A stretch of 64,000 nt of DNA from Octopus vulgaris (Eukaryota): contig OX597815.1 of the NCBI GenBank assembly GCA_951406725.2, positions 66,092,001 to 66,156,000 of the forward strand, given 5' to 3'. The notes beneath the pieces are model-generated. The model was not told the DNA's origin and searched no databases. It was given only the letters and a program-made list of their open reading frames with translations. Position 1 is the stretch's first letter. Each line of letters opens with the position of its first letter. Of this stretch, positions 12,216 to 24,969 are shown one piece after another. Both the position numbers and the translations under genes were made by a program.

Positions 12216-12285
12216 ACATGTGTGTGTGTGTGTGTGTGTTTGTGTGTGTCTGTGTGTATGGGAAATTATGACTAACTCCTCAGTT

Positions 12286-12354
<69 letters not shown>

Positions 12355-12656
12355 ACACAGCTGATTTCATGGTTTCGTTCTCTAAGCTAGACTACTTTAT
12401 GGTGTGTATTTTAACATTTACTGTACGTATTTTAATATGATTTTATTCTTACTTACTCAGTAACATGATTTTATGTGCGTTTAACGGTTTTCTAGTGATT
12501 TTACGATTCCAATATTTATGGCGGACAGATGTAAAGTCGAGTAAAATGACTTAACTTGATTTTTATTTTTCCATACATTATTTTTGAAAACCGACGTATA
12601 ATCGAGAACGACTTAAATCGAAACGAGTTAAGCCAAGGTATGCCTGTATACATATA

Positions 12657-12873
12657 CTAGCAGTAATACCCGTCGTTTACTCTTTCTCGGGAGCCACATT
12701 CAAAGTGTTATTCTTTTATTTGTTTCAGTCATTTGACTACGGCCATGCTGAAGCACCACCTTTAGTTGATCAAATCGGCCCCAGGACTTATTCTTTGTAA
12801 CCGCTAAGTTACGGGGACGTAAACACACCAACATCGGTTGTCAAGCGATGGTGGAGGGACAAACACAGACATA

Positions 12874-12972
<99 letters not shown>

Positions 12973-15872
12973 GACAGCCGCCTTCAATTTCCGTCTGCCA
13001 AATCCACTCATAAAGCTTTGGTCGGCCCGAGGCTATAGTAGAAGACACTTGCCCAAGGTGCTACGCAGTGGGACTAAACCCGGAACCATATGGTTGGTAA
13101 GCATGCTACTTACCACACAGCCACTCCTATAATTTATTCCTCCTATATATGTGTATTTTATAAGAGAGAAACATGTAATAATTGAAGTAGAAAAAGATCA
13201 ATCACATACACGAACTTCTGTTTACTTATTATATGACAGTAATAAGTGAGTTGTATATGTTATTTCATTTATCAATACACTAATAGCAATTATATAATGC
13301 ACTTCATTTAAATAGTTAATTTACTCATTCTTGAAAGCAATGACAATAATGGCAAATTAAGTTCTTGAAATATCCATGTTGCATTAAGAGTGAATATTTC
13401 TTTATAAACAATGTTTTTTTTTTTGTCCTATTTCGGGGTACATAAGCAAAAAAGATTTGCTTTTGCTCCCACACGTGATACCTCTACGTAAAGTTGACTA
13501 TGTGAAAAGCGTGGTTCTTCAAGTTGCAATCCAGTAATTTTTAGTGTTTAGCCCTAATTTTATTAATGCTCATGGCAAAAGAAACTTGGATAGGAAACTG
13601 TAACCGTTTAAATTGGAATGGGATATTAGATGGTATTACTGGCATGCGAGGAATGAGGACGAACTCACTTTTACCACAACCAGTGGGAATATTTGCCTCA
13701 ATGCATTTCCTTAAAAGTTTGTGCACAATTAGTGTTGTACCATTGCATAATTTTGGTTGAGACAAATTGCGCAATAGCATAAATAGGAGTCCTTTTCTTC
13801 AGCTGAAGACAATGAGGAGCTGTACCTGGTGGTTTAGTGAGTTCAAAAATTCGATGGAGTAGTTAATACTATCCTGATCATCAACAACACTGTCAATTGA
13901 GTTATAAGTGTATACTTCTCCCGGAAGTTTATTCAATAGCATATTATTAATGCTATTTACAACAACGTTTTTGGAGCCAGGATAGCTCGCTCACAGATCC
14001 AATCTGTATTGTTGTATATTATGAAGAAGATTCGGAAAGATTTCACCTGAATTACATATTGGATTGAGTTTAAGAAACTGTTCCTCATCAATTGCAACTT
14101 CCTCTTCACTGAGTTTCAAAAGCTGGCTTGCAAATAGTTCCGCTGATCGATCTCTTGAAAGCATCGATATCATATTTGTCGAAAGCTGAAGTGTTTTTAC
14201 ATGGTGCCATAATACAGAAGACTTTATCGAAGCATTGAGCACATTCACTTTTGTTCCTCTCCGAACAACTGATAGTGTTTGTCGAAAGCCTCCTGATAAT
14301 AATACTGTGACATTTCCTATCATGGAATTAAAACTTTTAATATCTCATAATGTTTAGTCCATAGCTTCAAAAGCATTTTTGTGGGCCATGGTACATTCGT
14401 CCCAGACAGTTAAGTGACATTTTTGTATTAGTTAACCCATTCCAGAATTTTTAGATATATTACAAACTGGATCTTCTTTGTGAGATAAATCTGAAGGTAA
14501 CTTGAATGTTGAATGGGCAGTCCGACCTCCGGGTAGTAATGTTGCTGCAATCCCAGAAGTAGCAGTAGATAAAGCTTTTTTTTTTTTTACGAACTTTATC
14601 CTGGAGGAACTTAATTACAAATGTTTTCCCAGTACCTCCTGGAGCATGTAAGAAATAAAGTCTTCCTATGTTACTGCTAATACCTGCATATTCCACTATG
14701 ACAGTGGAATATGCAGGTAGAAGCTTGGGAAGATTATTATTTAGGTAGATGGTCAGTTCCTCCATATTATAGGAAATTTCCCTCATTATTTCACTGTGGA
14801 CAGACTGCTAAGATCCTCTCTATTAGTTAGTAGGAAACCTAAATTTTCTATAGGCCCACCTCCTATCGAAACAATTTGAATTTCTATTTCAATCAAAGCC
14901 GCATTGGATATAGCATCAGTGAAACCAGTATCTTGCTCAGGATTACTCAGCTGAACTTGGTGCTTGAAATCTTCTGCAAAATCATTTCTGAACTTATTCC
15001 ACTGTTCAACAGAATTACTTACTTCACAATTTTTAAGAATAATAGCAAAAAGACCGCTTAAACTCTCTGGTGTTTTTTATATTGAAGCTTCTTCCAGTGT
15101 TGCTTCCCATTACTGATCATTTACAAGCAACTTCAAATACGCTTCTCGATATGTCCTGCAAACCTAGCCATCAACTTCTTTCAAACTTTCCATGAAATTG
15201 GTCCTTTTTTTACATGAAGAAGCATTCTGAGATGAAAGCATTCATTTTCGTTAGGATGTACAGTGTATACTCTACTAATTGTTGTACCAAACTTAATCCC
15301 AGAATGACTTTGAACCTTTGTGCCTATTTTGCGTCGTTTTCCATTTATTATTACTCTATGTGTAATAAGATATAGCAGCGTTTTTGCTGCTCATGATATA
15401 GCAGCATTTTTGTTGCTCATGATATAGCAGCGTTTTTGCAAAGTTGTCCTCCCTACAAAGATTGAAAAAAAGCTGTTAAAGTGCTATATTTTGGATTTGG
15501 AACTTGATTTGCAGCTGTCTCAGCAGTGAAGTAAACCCTTTGACCATTTTCTAAATGCATAGAAAGTTGTTGAATGGCTGGGTGCCTTTCGTGGATTAGG
15601 AATCCAATTATGCGCCAGAAGGCCTCATTATTGCTTATATATCTCCTTAATTGGTATTGTTTAACTTGATAAACCGTATTCTCAAGGAGAATTGAAATGC
15701 TCAGTTTTGAATCTGAACCAGAGTGAGACTACTCCAACAGATTTACTATCTTAACTTTCATTTTGACAGAGAGTTTCGAATCTGAACCAGTATGAGACTA
15801 CTCCTACAGATTTTCTGTTTTTACTTTCATTTTGACTGACAAACAAACAAACAGACAGAAATTCAGTTTTAT
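12657..15872 (-). mobile_element. decayed Helitron (Rep/Pif1 helicase), interrupted by a SINE at 12713-13128
   Basis: Pif1 motifs APGGTGKTF, VWDECTMAHK, LLRNL..KLCNGT, RLQFPIQVSFAMSINK, FSHSQLYV; upstream FWRIIGFLIHERHPAIQQL; 3' end ...CGGGTATTACTGCTAG followed by T at 12657-12660; 5' region TATAAAACTG...GTCTGTTTGTTTG. Confidence 0.85.
13400..15660 (-). pseudogene. Helitron RepHel coding remnant with many stops and frameshifts
   Basis: ORF fragments 13541..13780, 13991..14323 and 14460..14786 are collinear pieces of a Pif1-like helicase. Confidence 0.85.
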
Positions 15873-16230
15873 ACACACGCGCACCCCCCCCCCCCACACA
15901 CACACGTATGTATGTATATACGTATATATAAATATATTGGTAATACTTTTCTTCAACCTCTTTAACTCTTGATACCATTTCTATTCTGTGTAAGTCAGAC
16001 CTTTCTCTATGTAAACATAGATACATTTTTTTGTATTTCATGTATTTAACATACTTTGTACATTGATCTGCCTAACATGCTTATCCTTACATTTATCTCC
16101 CTACCCGCTCAAGTTTAAACCTCTCGAGCACTATAAGTGTATTCTATACGGAAAATATATTATTTTCATCTATGAACTATATATATATATAGATAGATAA
16201 GAAAGTTGGTTTGTGAAAGCACGTGGGTGA

Positions 16231-16568
16231 ATATATAGAAAATAGTAAAGAGTGAAAAAACTACAGAAGGCTTAAATGTTAAGAAATATATATATTTGAG
16301 TCAATATGTCTGAAGAATATTAGAAAATTTAAAAAAAATTTTTTTTTCTCTTATAATGACATAATTTAAAAGAAAGACCGGTTTTGCGTGTAAGAAATTT
16401 GAAAAGCTACACGCGAAACCGGTCTTTCTTTTAAATTATGTCATTATAAGAGAAAAAAAATTTTTTTTTTAATTTTCTAATATTCTTCAGACATATTGAC
16501 GCAAATATATATATTTTTTAACATTTAAGCCTTCTGTAGTTTTTTCACTCTTTACTATTTTCTATATA
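16231..16568. repeat. long palindrome (about 160-bp arms) with a hammerhead at its centre
   Basis: 16231-16392 is the reverse complement of 16408-16568. Confidence 0.9.
16392..16430 (+). ncRNA. minimal type-I hammerhead fold, U3-A8 variant
   Basis: AAGAAA-T-TTGAAAA-GC-tacac-GC-GAAA-CCGG-TC-TTTCTT; palindromic loop III CCGG; predicted cut after 16424. Confidence 0.65.
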
Positions 16569-17081
16569 TATATATATATACTTCCCAACAATATGTATGG
16601 TTCCGAGTTTGGTCCCACTGCGTGGTACCTTGGTCAAGTGTCTTTTACTATTACCTCGGGCTGACCAAAGCCGTGTGAGTGGATTTAGTAGACGGCAACT
16701 GAAAAAAACCTGTGGTATGTGTGCGTGTGTGTGTGTGTATGTATGTAGCTATGTGTATGTCTCTTTGTGTCTGTGAGTGTCGCCCCATCAGTGCTTGACA
16801 ACCGGTGCTGGTGTGTTTACATCCCAGTAACTAGCAGCGGTTCAGCAAAAAAAGAAATGTGATAGAATAAGTACCAGGCTTAAAAAATAAGTCTTAGGTC
16901 GATTTGTTCGACTAAAACCCGTAACGCGATGCTCCAGCATGGCCGTAGTCAAATGACAGAAACAAAAGAATAAGATAATATATATGAATATTAATCATAT
17001 ATGCGTATGTACGTGTGTGTGTGTGTGTCTGAGTGTGTGTGTCTATGTATGTGTGTGTCTGTGTGTGATTGTGTGTGTCTC

Positions 17082-17151
<70 letters not shown>

Positions 17152-17280
17152 GTTGACATCAAAAGAATTTATAAACTTTCGAGAGAACGAGAAATAATTC
17201 TTTTCTGAAACTAATCTCAAAGCACACAAAGCTATAAATATCATTTACATGCTATTATTGGTTTTATGTGTGCTTCTAGG

Positions 17281-17355
<75 letters not shown>

Positions 17356-17902
17356 GACAGACAGACAGACATACAGACAGAGACAGAGACAGAGACAGAC
17401 AGACAGACAGAGACAGACAGACAGACAGACAGAGAGGGAGAGATAATATTGCAACTAGTGGTTTCACGAGTTCAGTGCTCCCACAGTGAAGAATATTTAC
17501 AAACTCTCAGCAGACATTTGAATCTATAAATTCAGGATTTGTAGAGAAAAATGTGACAGTTGTTGTAACCTTAAGACGTAATGACACGTCTTCTATGTGG
17601 TTATGAAATTAGGAGGGATGGGGTGTAATTTAACAGTTAATATTTGCACATTCACTGATTTATAAATATTTAAACAGGCGAACAAGCAAACATTGAGGTA
17701 TTGCTATGAATATGCTACAACGAGTATGGGAGAAGAGTATATAAATAGGGAAACATAGCTATATTAGTCTAAAACATAACAACAACAACGAGGACGACGA
17801 CGATGATGATGAGGAGGAGGAGGATAATTTCAGGCGTTGTGCCTATAGTAGAAAGAATTATTATCATCATCATCATCATCACCATCATTCTTCTTCTTCT
17901 TC

Positions 17903-17943
<41 letters not shown>

Positions 17944-17944
17944 G

Positions 17945-18735
17945 GGTGAGAGAGCATGCCATCACAGTGACACTAGGGTCAAATATACGAAGCCCAATAT
18001 ACCCATCATGACTCTCCGTCTGATAAGGGTACGCCAGACACATGCATCACAGCCATGCGTGACATGGTGATCTCATAACAAGATAAACAGCGCATGACTT
18101 TGCAGGAGGGACTCAGTTAGAGCATTCTTCGGGTTGAGTAACCCATCCCGCCCAACTGATCCTTGACTAAGAGTTGTTTAAGGATGTTGAATGAAACACC
18201 CATGTTTCCAGAAGTGAATTATTCAAGCGCCAAAGAATTCCTCTCAACACATAGCGCTTCCCCATTAGTTCTGCACGTGATCAGAACTGCACATATCGTC
18301 AACCACCAAAGGGCCTGCTCAACAGGTTATGGTCAAACAACTGACATGCAGATCTGTGGTATTGCGTAAAATATTTGCTATAGCCAATCTTTTATACCTA
18401 TTTCTTTATTACCCACAATGGGCTAAACATAGATGGGACAAACAAGGACAGACATTGGTATTAAGTCGATTAGATCGACCCCAGTGCGTAACTGGTACTT
18501 ACTTTATCGACCCCGAAAGGATGAAAGGCAAACTCAACCTCGGCGGAATTTGACCTCACAACGTAACGACAGACGAAATACAGCTACGCATTTCGCCCGG
18601 CGTGCTAACGTTTCTGCCAGCTCGCCGCCTTTGCCAATCTTTTATACCAAGACAAAACGACATGATATCACTTCCAGTCAGTTAAGAGGAGAAGCCACGA
18701 GAGTCAGTGCCTGGTACTGTATCAGTGCATTTTAT
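17945..18735. mobile_element. about 530-bp non-coding interspersed element within (ATT)n tracts; this copy is split by a family-B SINE (about 18400-18632)
   Basis: same sequence at 18840-19360, 47336-47878 and 47893-48422, with fragments at 20094-20150 and 23460-23620(-); full copies are flanked by (ATT)n. Confidence 0.8.
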
Positions 18736-18769
18736 TTTTATTATTATTATTATCATTATTATTATTATA

Positions 18770-18820
<51 letters not shown>

Positions 18821-18839
18821 AATGAAAAGGATGTTTACA

Positions 18840-19360
18840 CCGGGGTAAAATATACGAAGCCCAGTATACCTATTATGATTACCCATCTAATAAGGGTACA
18901 CTGGGCACATGCACCACAACCATATGTGTGCAATATAGTGATCTCATATCAAGATAAACAGCACGTCCTTGCAGGTGGGGCCCAGTTAGAATTTTCTTCA
19001 GGTCGAGTAACCCATCCCACTCAAAAGGTCCCTGAATAAGGGTTGTTTAAGGATGATGAACAAAACACCCATGTTTCCAAATATGAATTATTCAAACCCC
19101 AAAGATTCCTCTCAAAACATGGCTATGATGCTTCCCCACTACTTCTGATCGGGATCAGAGAAGCACACATCGTCAACCACTAAGGGACATGCTCAACTGG
19201 TTAAAGTCAAACGACTGACAAACAAATCTGTGGTATTGAGCAAAATATTTGCCGTAGCCCAACTTTTATACCAAGACAAAGCAATGTACAGGACAACACT
19301 TCCAATCAGTTAAGATCAGAAGCTATGAGAGCCACTGCATGGTACTGTATCACGGTATTT
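18840..19360. mobile_element. second tandem copy of the about 530-bp (ATT)n-associated element
   Basis: direct similarity to 47893-48422. Confidence 0.8.
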
Positions 19361-19384
19361 ATTATTATTATTATTATTATTACC

Positions 19385-19849
19385 ATTACCTTTGCACAGC
19401 TTCTAATGCGTGAGATGTTCCATGTACTTCTCAAGATTTTTACCCAGTTCTCAAGACTCCGACAATCATTGGTACCACTGCCACCTTTTTCAACGAACAC
19501 AACTGCTTAACCTCCCAAGCTAACCTATCATACCTATCAACTTTTCTTTCTTCCTTATCGCATACCTTGTTGTCAGCTGGGCATGCTATATCTATGATCC
19601 AGAATAGTTTACTTTCTTTCTCAATTAAGACTATGTCTGGCTTCCTATTTTCTATCTCATGGTCGCACTGAATCATAAAATTCCACAGGATCTTTGCATT
19701 ATCATTTTCGGTGATGCCTTCGGGTTTGTAGTCATACCAATTTTTTTCTCTGACAAGACCATACTTGTTGCAAAGTGTCCAATAGACAATCCCTGCTATA
19801 TTGTCATTACGTCTCTTATATTCTTTCTGGGCTAGTAGCGTACATTGGC

Positions 19850-19855
<6 letters not shown>
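19385..19855 (-). mobile_element. R4/Dong-type non-LTR retrotransposon fragment (restriction-like endonuclease domain)
   Basis: LAQKEYKRRNDNIAGIVYW...KILWNFMIQCDHEIENRKPDIVLIEK...IIDIACP...ERKVDRY (RHD/RPD...D...K.Y pattern); embedded in (TAA)n. Confidence 0.85.
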
Positions 19856-19889
<34 letters not shown>

Positions 19890-20390
19890 GTTATTATTAT
19901 TATAATTATTATTATTATTGTTATTATTATTATTATTTTATGTTTGACTTTTGCTTTGCATTTGTACAAGTTGGCTCCAAGTCTCAACCAGAGACCTCAA
20001 GAGACAACAAGTTAGAAGTTAATGTTGGTGTTATGCTTTGGGTGCCATATATTTGGTTTTGTACATAGTATTATTACTATTATTATTATTATTGAGTGAG
20101 AGAGCAGTGCATGCCATCAAAGTGAAATATACGAAGCCCAATATACCCTTCGTACACGTAAAATAGTCACGGTTGAAAAATTCGAAAAATAAATTGTGGT
20201 TCCATAAAATAAGACGTGAGGGTCGCGGTGGATTTTTAATTTCATTTTTAATATTTAATATTTATTTAATTTTTTAGCGCGGTCCTATTCCTATGTTCCA
20301 TTAGCAACCCATTCTTGTAAATTACACGAATAAAGGTGTCTTTGTGACAGTTTGTCTTTTTTTATTCGTTGTTTGTCTGTGCGTGTGTGT

Positions 20391-20450
<60 letters not shown>

Positions 20451-22019
20451 TAGACAGACCGACAGAGAAATCATTATAACGAATTTTTCTTTTATATTTC
20501 ATCAATTTCGACAAATCAATGTTCTTTCTTTCAACAACATAAAGGTACAGTTGCTACCTATATGATGGAAGTACTCTTGTAACTCACCCGCTCAAAATCA
20601 TGAACAAAATTCAATCAAAACCCTCAAAATACGCTACAGATGCAAGACCGCGAAATTACCTTTGGTTTCTAATATCCCAAGACTTCTCTATGAGGTCAGT
20701 AAAATACTTCCATTCCCTACATGTGTTAACTCTACTGTCCCAGGTGTGACAGAAGTATCCTAATAGATGCAGACAGGGGTCATTCGGTTAATTGGCATGA
20801 CGTTGCCCACCAACACATTAAAAACCTCTACCTGTAGGCGTACATCTCCTTGCTCGGGGTATTCTACAGCTATTAAAATTACTTCTGCTCCCTGTTGCTG
20901 GGTCTTGTCATGCCACTCCCTATCAGGTTCACCCATCTCTTCACCGATGTTGTAATTAACCTCGGCTTTAACCAGTTTTACCCACCAAGCACCTAACGTT
21001 ACCTCACTGCTTATGTTTTTCCACTTGTCGTCGGCTTTCAGTTATTCATGAAGAGCACCAACCACATAGATATCACCAGTCTGGGACGGCTTGCTAAGGT
21101 CATAGCAAATCATCAAAAAAGTTCGCCATTTGTGTAAATACACCGGATATGAGTGTGCTGCACGTCCAAATGAGATAGTATTTCAAGACAAATTGCCGCA
21201 GTGATATCCCTATCATGATGTACTAAGTATGATATGTAAACAGCTGCTGCTGTTTCACATAGCGGATTTTAAAACTTATTCCTTTAAAAACAGGCACAGT
21301 AAGCATGAAATTTAAAAAAAAGAAGTTACATAACTCTTCTCAATAAGCAAGACTACTTTGTTAAAAACGTAAGTTATGTCTCCATCCACCAACCACGCAG
21401 ATAATACTTAAGAGATTTAAATATCTGACTATTTTCAATTACCAATTATTTTCCTGTCAAACGATACGTATATCAAAGAACATATGTATCGTGGTTTTCA
21501 TAACTTTCGTTGAGGTTAGAGCAAACAATACGTTCGTCTGTATTAAAAGGAAGTATTGTCTTTAAAATGACTTATCAAAGTAGCAACAACGAATAAAGAT
21601 TATAAGAAAGCAATCAAAACAAAAACTATCACAGTTCTCCGACTTAAGCATCATTTAGTAGAAAAATTATAGTTAGAAACTATTTAAAGAGAACGGTCTG
21701 ATTGTTTTGATTAAAATCCAAGTTTTCTTTCTGTCTACCCCCCTCTCTCTCTCACTCTCAAGACAAAACATCCTTAACCTTACAATAACTACCGTATTTT
21801 AACGTGTATATGGAACTCATTTTTATCAAAAATTAGACTTAAAAATATGGGAGTTTTTATACTCTGATAATATTATAATCTCTTAGGGGGTTCCTTTTAT
21901 ACTTTAAAATAGGCAATTCCCTTTAAAAGAAACATGCAAGGAAAGTAACTCAGATATTTTCAGCAGTTTACTTCAGAAAAGTTATCTCCCCTATACCTTT
22001 TTTTTTTTTCATAAGTCTT

Positions 22020-22905
22020 CCTAATTTTGGCACAAGGCTAGCAGTTTTATGGGGAAGGAGAAGTCTATTACATCGATCCCAGTGCTCAAATGGTACCTAT
22101 TTTATCGACCCCAAAGTATGAAAGGTAAAGTTGACCTCAGTGGCATTTCAACTCTAAAAGTAAGGAAATGCCACTGAGCATTTTGTCCGATGCAGTAAGG
22201 ATTCTACCAGCTTGCCACAGTAATAACTCTGTACTATTGGCACAAAGCCTGAAATTTTGCTGAGGAGGCAAAAGTCCCTAGTGCATAACTAGTACTTAAT
22301 TTATCAACCACAAAAGGATGGTATACAAAGTCGACTTCTGTTGAGGTCGACTTTGCCTTCCATCCTTTAGTGGTTGAATTCAGAATGTAAAAACTGACAA
22401 AATGCCACTAAGTTAACAAATCCTTCAGCTCACAGCCTTAACAATGATAAAAATAGTTTTAAATTTTGGCACAAGGCCAGCAAATTCGGAGAAGGAATTA
22501 AGTTAACTACAACGACCCCACTACTCAGCTGGTTCTTATTTCACCAACCTCCTGAAAAGATGAAAGGCCAAATTGACCTCAGTAGAATCTATCTATAATA
22601 GATGAATTACCACAAAGTATTTTGACCAGCATGTTAACAATTCTGCCAGCTCACTGCCTCAACTATAAGAGTCTTTCTACTATAGGGACCAGGCCTGGTT
22701 TTTTTTTTTTTTTTTTGTTACAGGGTCAGTAGGTAAATCAATTACATCAACTCAAGTACTCAACTGATACTTCTTTTTTTACCCCGAAAGGGACGAAAGG
22801 CAAAGTCAACCTCAGCAGAATTTGAACTCAGAACATAAAGGCAGATGAAACGCTGCTAAGCATTTTGACCAGTGTGTTAATGATTCTGCCGACTCCCTGC
22901 CTTAA
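22020..22905 (-). mobile_element. tandem head-to-tail array of four family-B tRNA-type SINE copies
   Basis: repeated unit TTGGCACAAGGCC...GACCCC...GATGAAAGGCAAAGTCGACCTC...GAACTCAGAA...AAGCATTT...TTCTGCCAGCTC; other copies near 18400-18632, 25830-26390 (x3), 26660-26865, 27050-27255, 45708-45933, 60714-60951. Confidence 0.8.
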
Positions 22906-24794
22906 TAATAATAACAATAATGCCATATTTTGCAGCATAGTAGATGTTGCATCATGAAAGACATAAGCCCCATCCATATGAATGGGCAGTGATCAGCAAA
23001 CACATGCTAAATGACAGTTTTCAGATAAAACTGGCAGATAAACCAGTGGGGTACTCATGCCTTTCACTGAGCAAAATCACCAAATAATGGCCACCTACCT
23101 GGTGGTTTGCTGCTCTTTATTTTAACTGTCCTGTGTTTCTCAATTAACATCATGGATGTTAAATCTTCCTCAAATCTCACTCTACTATCTTTCAGAAAGG
23201 AAGAATGAGTCAGAAAAAGTAGTGTGTTGACTATAGATGGAATGTCTTTGATAACACCGTAACAAAATTTTTATCTTTGTTTGTCTCTTGTCAGTAAGTG
23301 TTATTTCCTATTTGCTTCTATCTAGAAATCAAAGGAAATGACTACTATTCCTTTCAAATTTTGCTTTTGTGACCTGGACATCAATGTTTTGAAATTGATC
23401 TATTTTCCATTACATTTCAGACAGATTCAGCACTGAATTGCTAAAGCAGAAATACCCTTATAGCAAATATTCTACTCAATACCACAGATTTGCTTGTCAG
23501 TTACTTGACCATAACCACTTGAGCATATCCCTTAGTAGCTGACAATGTGTGCACCTCTGATCATGAGTAGGAATAGTGGCAGAGCATCATAGCCATGTGA
23601 TGAAAGGGTTCTTTGGGGGTGTGAATAAACATAACAAAAGCAAATTTTGAAGGAAATATTAGCCATTTGTTATACTGTCTAGAGGTAAGCAAATAGGAAA
23701 TAACAGTTACTACCCAAGAACAAAAATCATGTAATGCAGTGTTGCAGGTTACGTAGATGAGAGCAGATCTGAGACTAAAGAACAACAAGGATGAAATGGC
23801 AATCTTGACAATAACAACAATGATTATTCAAATATTCAATTTATTTTCCAGAATAAACAGATTAATCGACATAGTAACAATTACATTTAACAGTCTTGAC
23901 TAGCTTCGTGAAACTTTTACAAAATATTTTCTGAACAACTTTCAAAAAGAAGTGTAAAAATGAGAGAAATAGTAAATGTTTAAAGTATTCAGGGCATGAA
24001 GATAATTATATATAATATAATATAATACATAACCATATAATATAATATGATATAATATAACATATATAATCATATAACATTGTATATGCAAACCATGATT
24101 AGAGGAAAGAAACAAATGAAAGGATAATCTTGTTTTTACATTGAATACAGATTCTTGTTATTTGGTTCTGCATCAGAAAAAAAAAAGTAATTTGACAGTT
24201 ACAGCTCGGTGGGTTGATTGAGTGCTAACCAAGCTGGCTTATCTGTTTAAGAAGTGGTGGGTGATCCTGGGACTGTACTGCGTTAATACTGTGTTCTTAG
24301 TCAAGACACCTGACTCTCAATGTCACAGTCTACCTAGTTATAAATATGCACTATGGGAAGGAAGCATAAATCACCACTATAAGCAACAAACACATTATAA
24401 GATATGGTGTTTTGTTAGCACAGTTATCATCATGTCCACTTTTTCATGCTTGCATGGGTCAGACAGAGTTTAATGAGGCAGATTTTCTGTGGCATGATGC
24501 CCTTCCTGTCACCAACCCTAATCTGTTTCCAAGCAAGGAAATATTTCCCCATGACCAGGCATATTTTCACAGAATAACAGAAATGAATGACACCGCTTAT
24601 ATGACAGGGACATTCATTTATAACTATCATGCAATGTCAGGGCAAGGAAACACACTTACACACACACACAAACACAGATATTAATGTTCGTTTTTATGTC
24701 AAGTTATATATAAAAATAATTCAACATTAAACTGATGAATTACTCATTACTCATTAGTAAAGTACATTATTTATTAAACTTTTACAAGTAAGCT

Positions 24795-24838
24795 GACAGT
24801 GACTTTAAAGTTTCAACCTGCTAGCCTTCATCAGTTCT
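24795..24838 (-). ncRNA. degenerate type-I hammerhead with canonical CUGAUGA core
   Basis: reverse complement reads CTGATGA-AGGC-tagca-GGTT-GAAAC-TTTAAA-GTC-ACTG; palindromic loop III; stems I and II decayed. Confidence 0.5.
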
Positions 24839-24969
24839 GGGTTCCTTTTTTTTTTTTTTTGCTTTATAGTCTTTGGCAAGTTCCCTTTCTTGGATATGTG
24901 GAGCAATGTGAAATGAAGTTTATAGGTCTGGGGAGTAGATGTATAGGAAGGAGGATAAAAGAGGACAGT

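Noticed and set aside
20580-21130. Superficial resemblance to rRNA, 7SK or telomerase RNA
   Set aside because: No diagnostic conserved motif or CCCTAA-type template on either strand
22020-22905. CRISPR-like regularly spaced repeats
   Set aside because: Units are about 220-bp diverged SINE copies in a eukaryotic context with no cas genes
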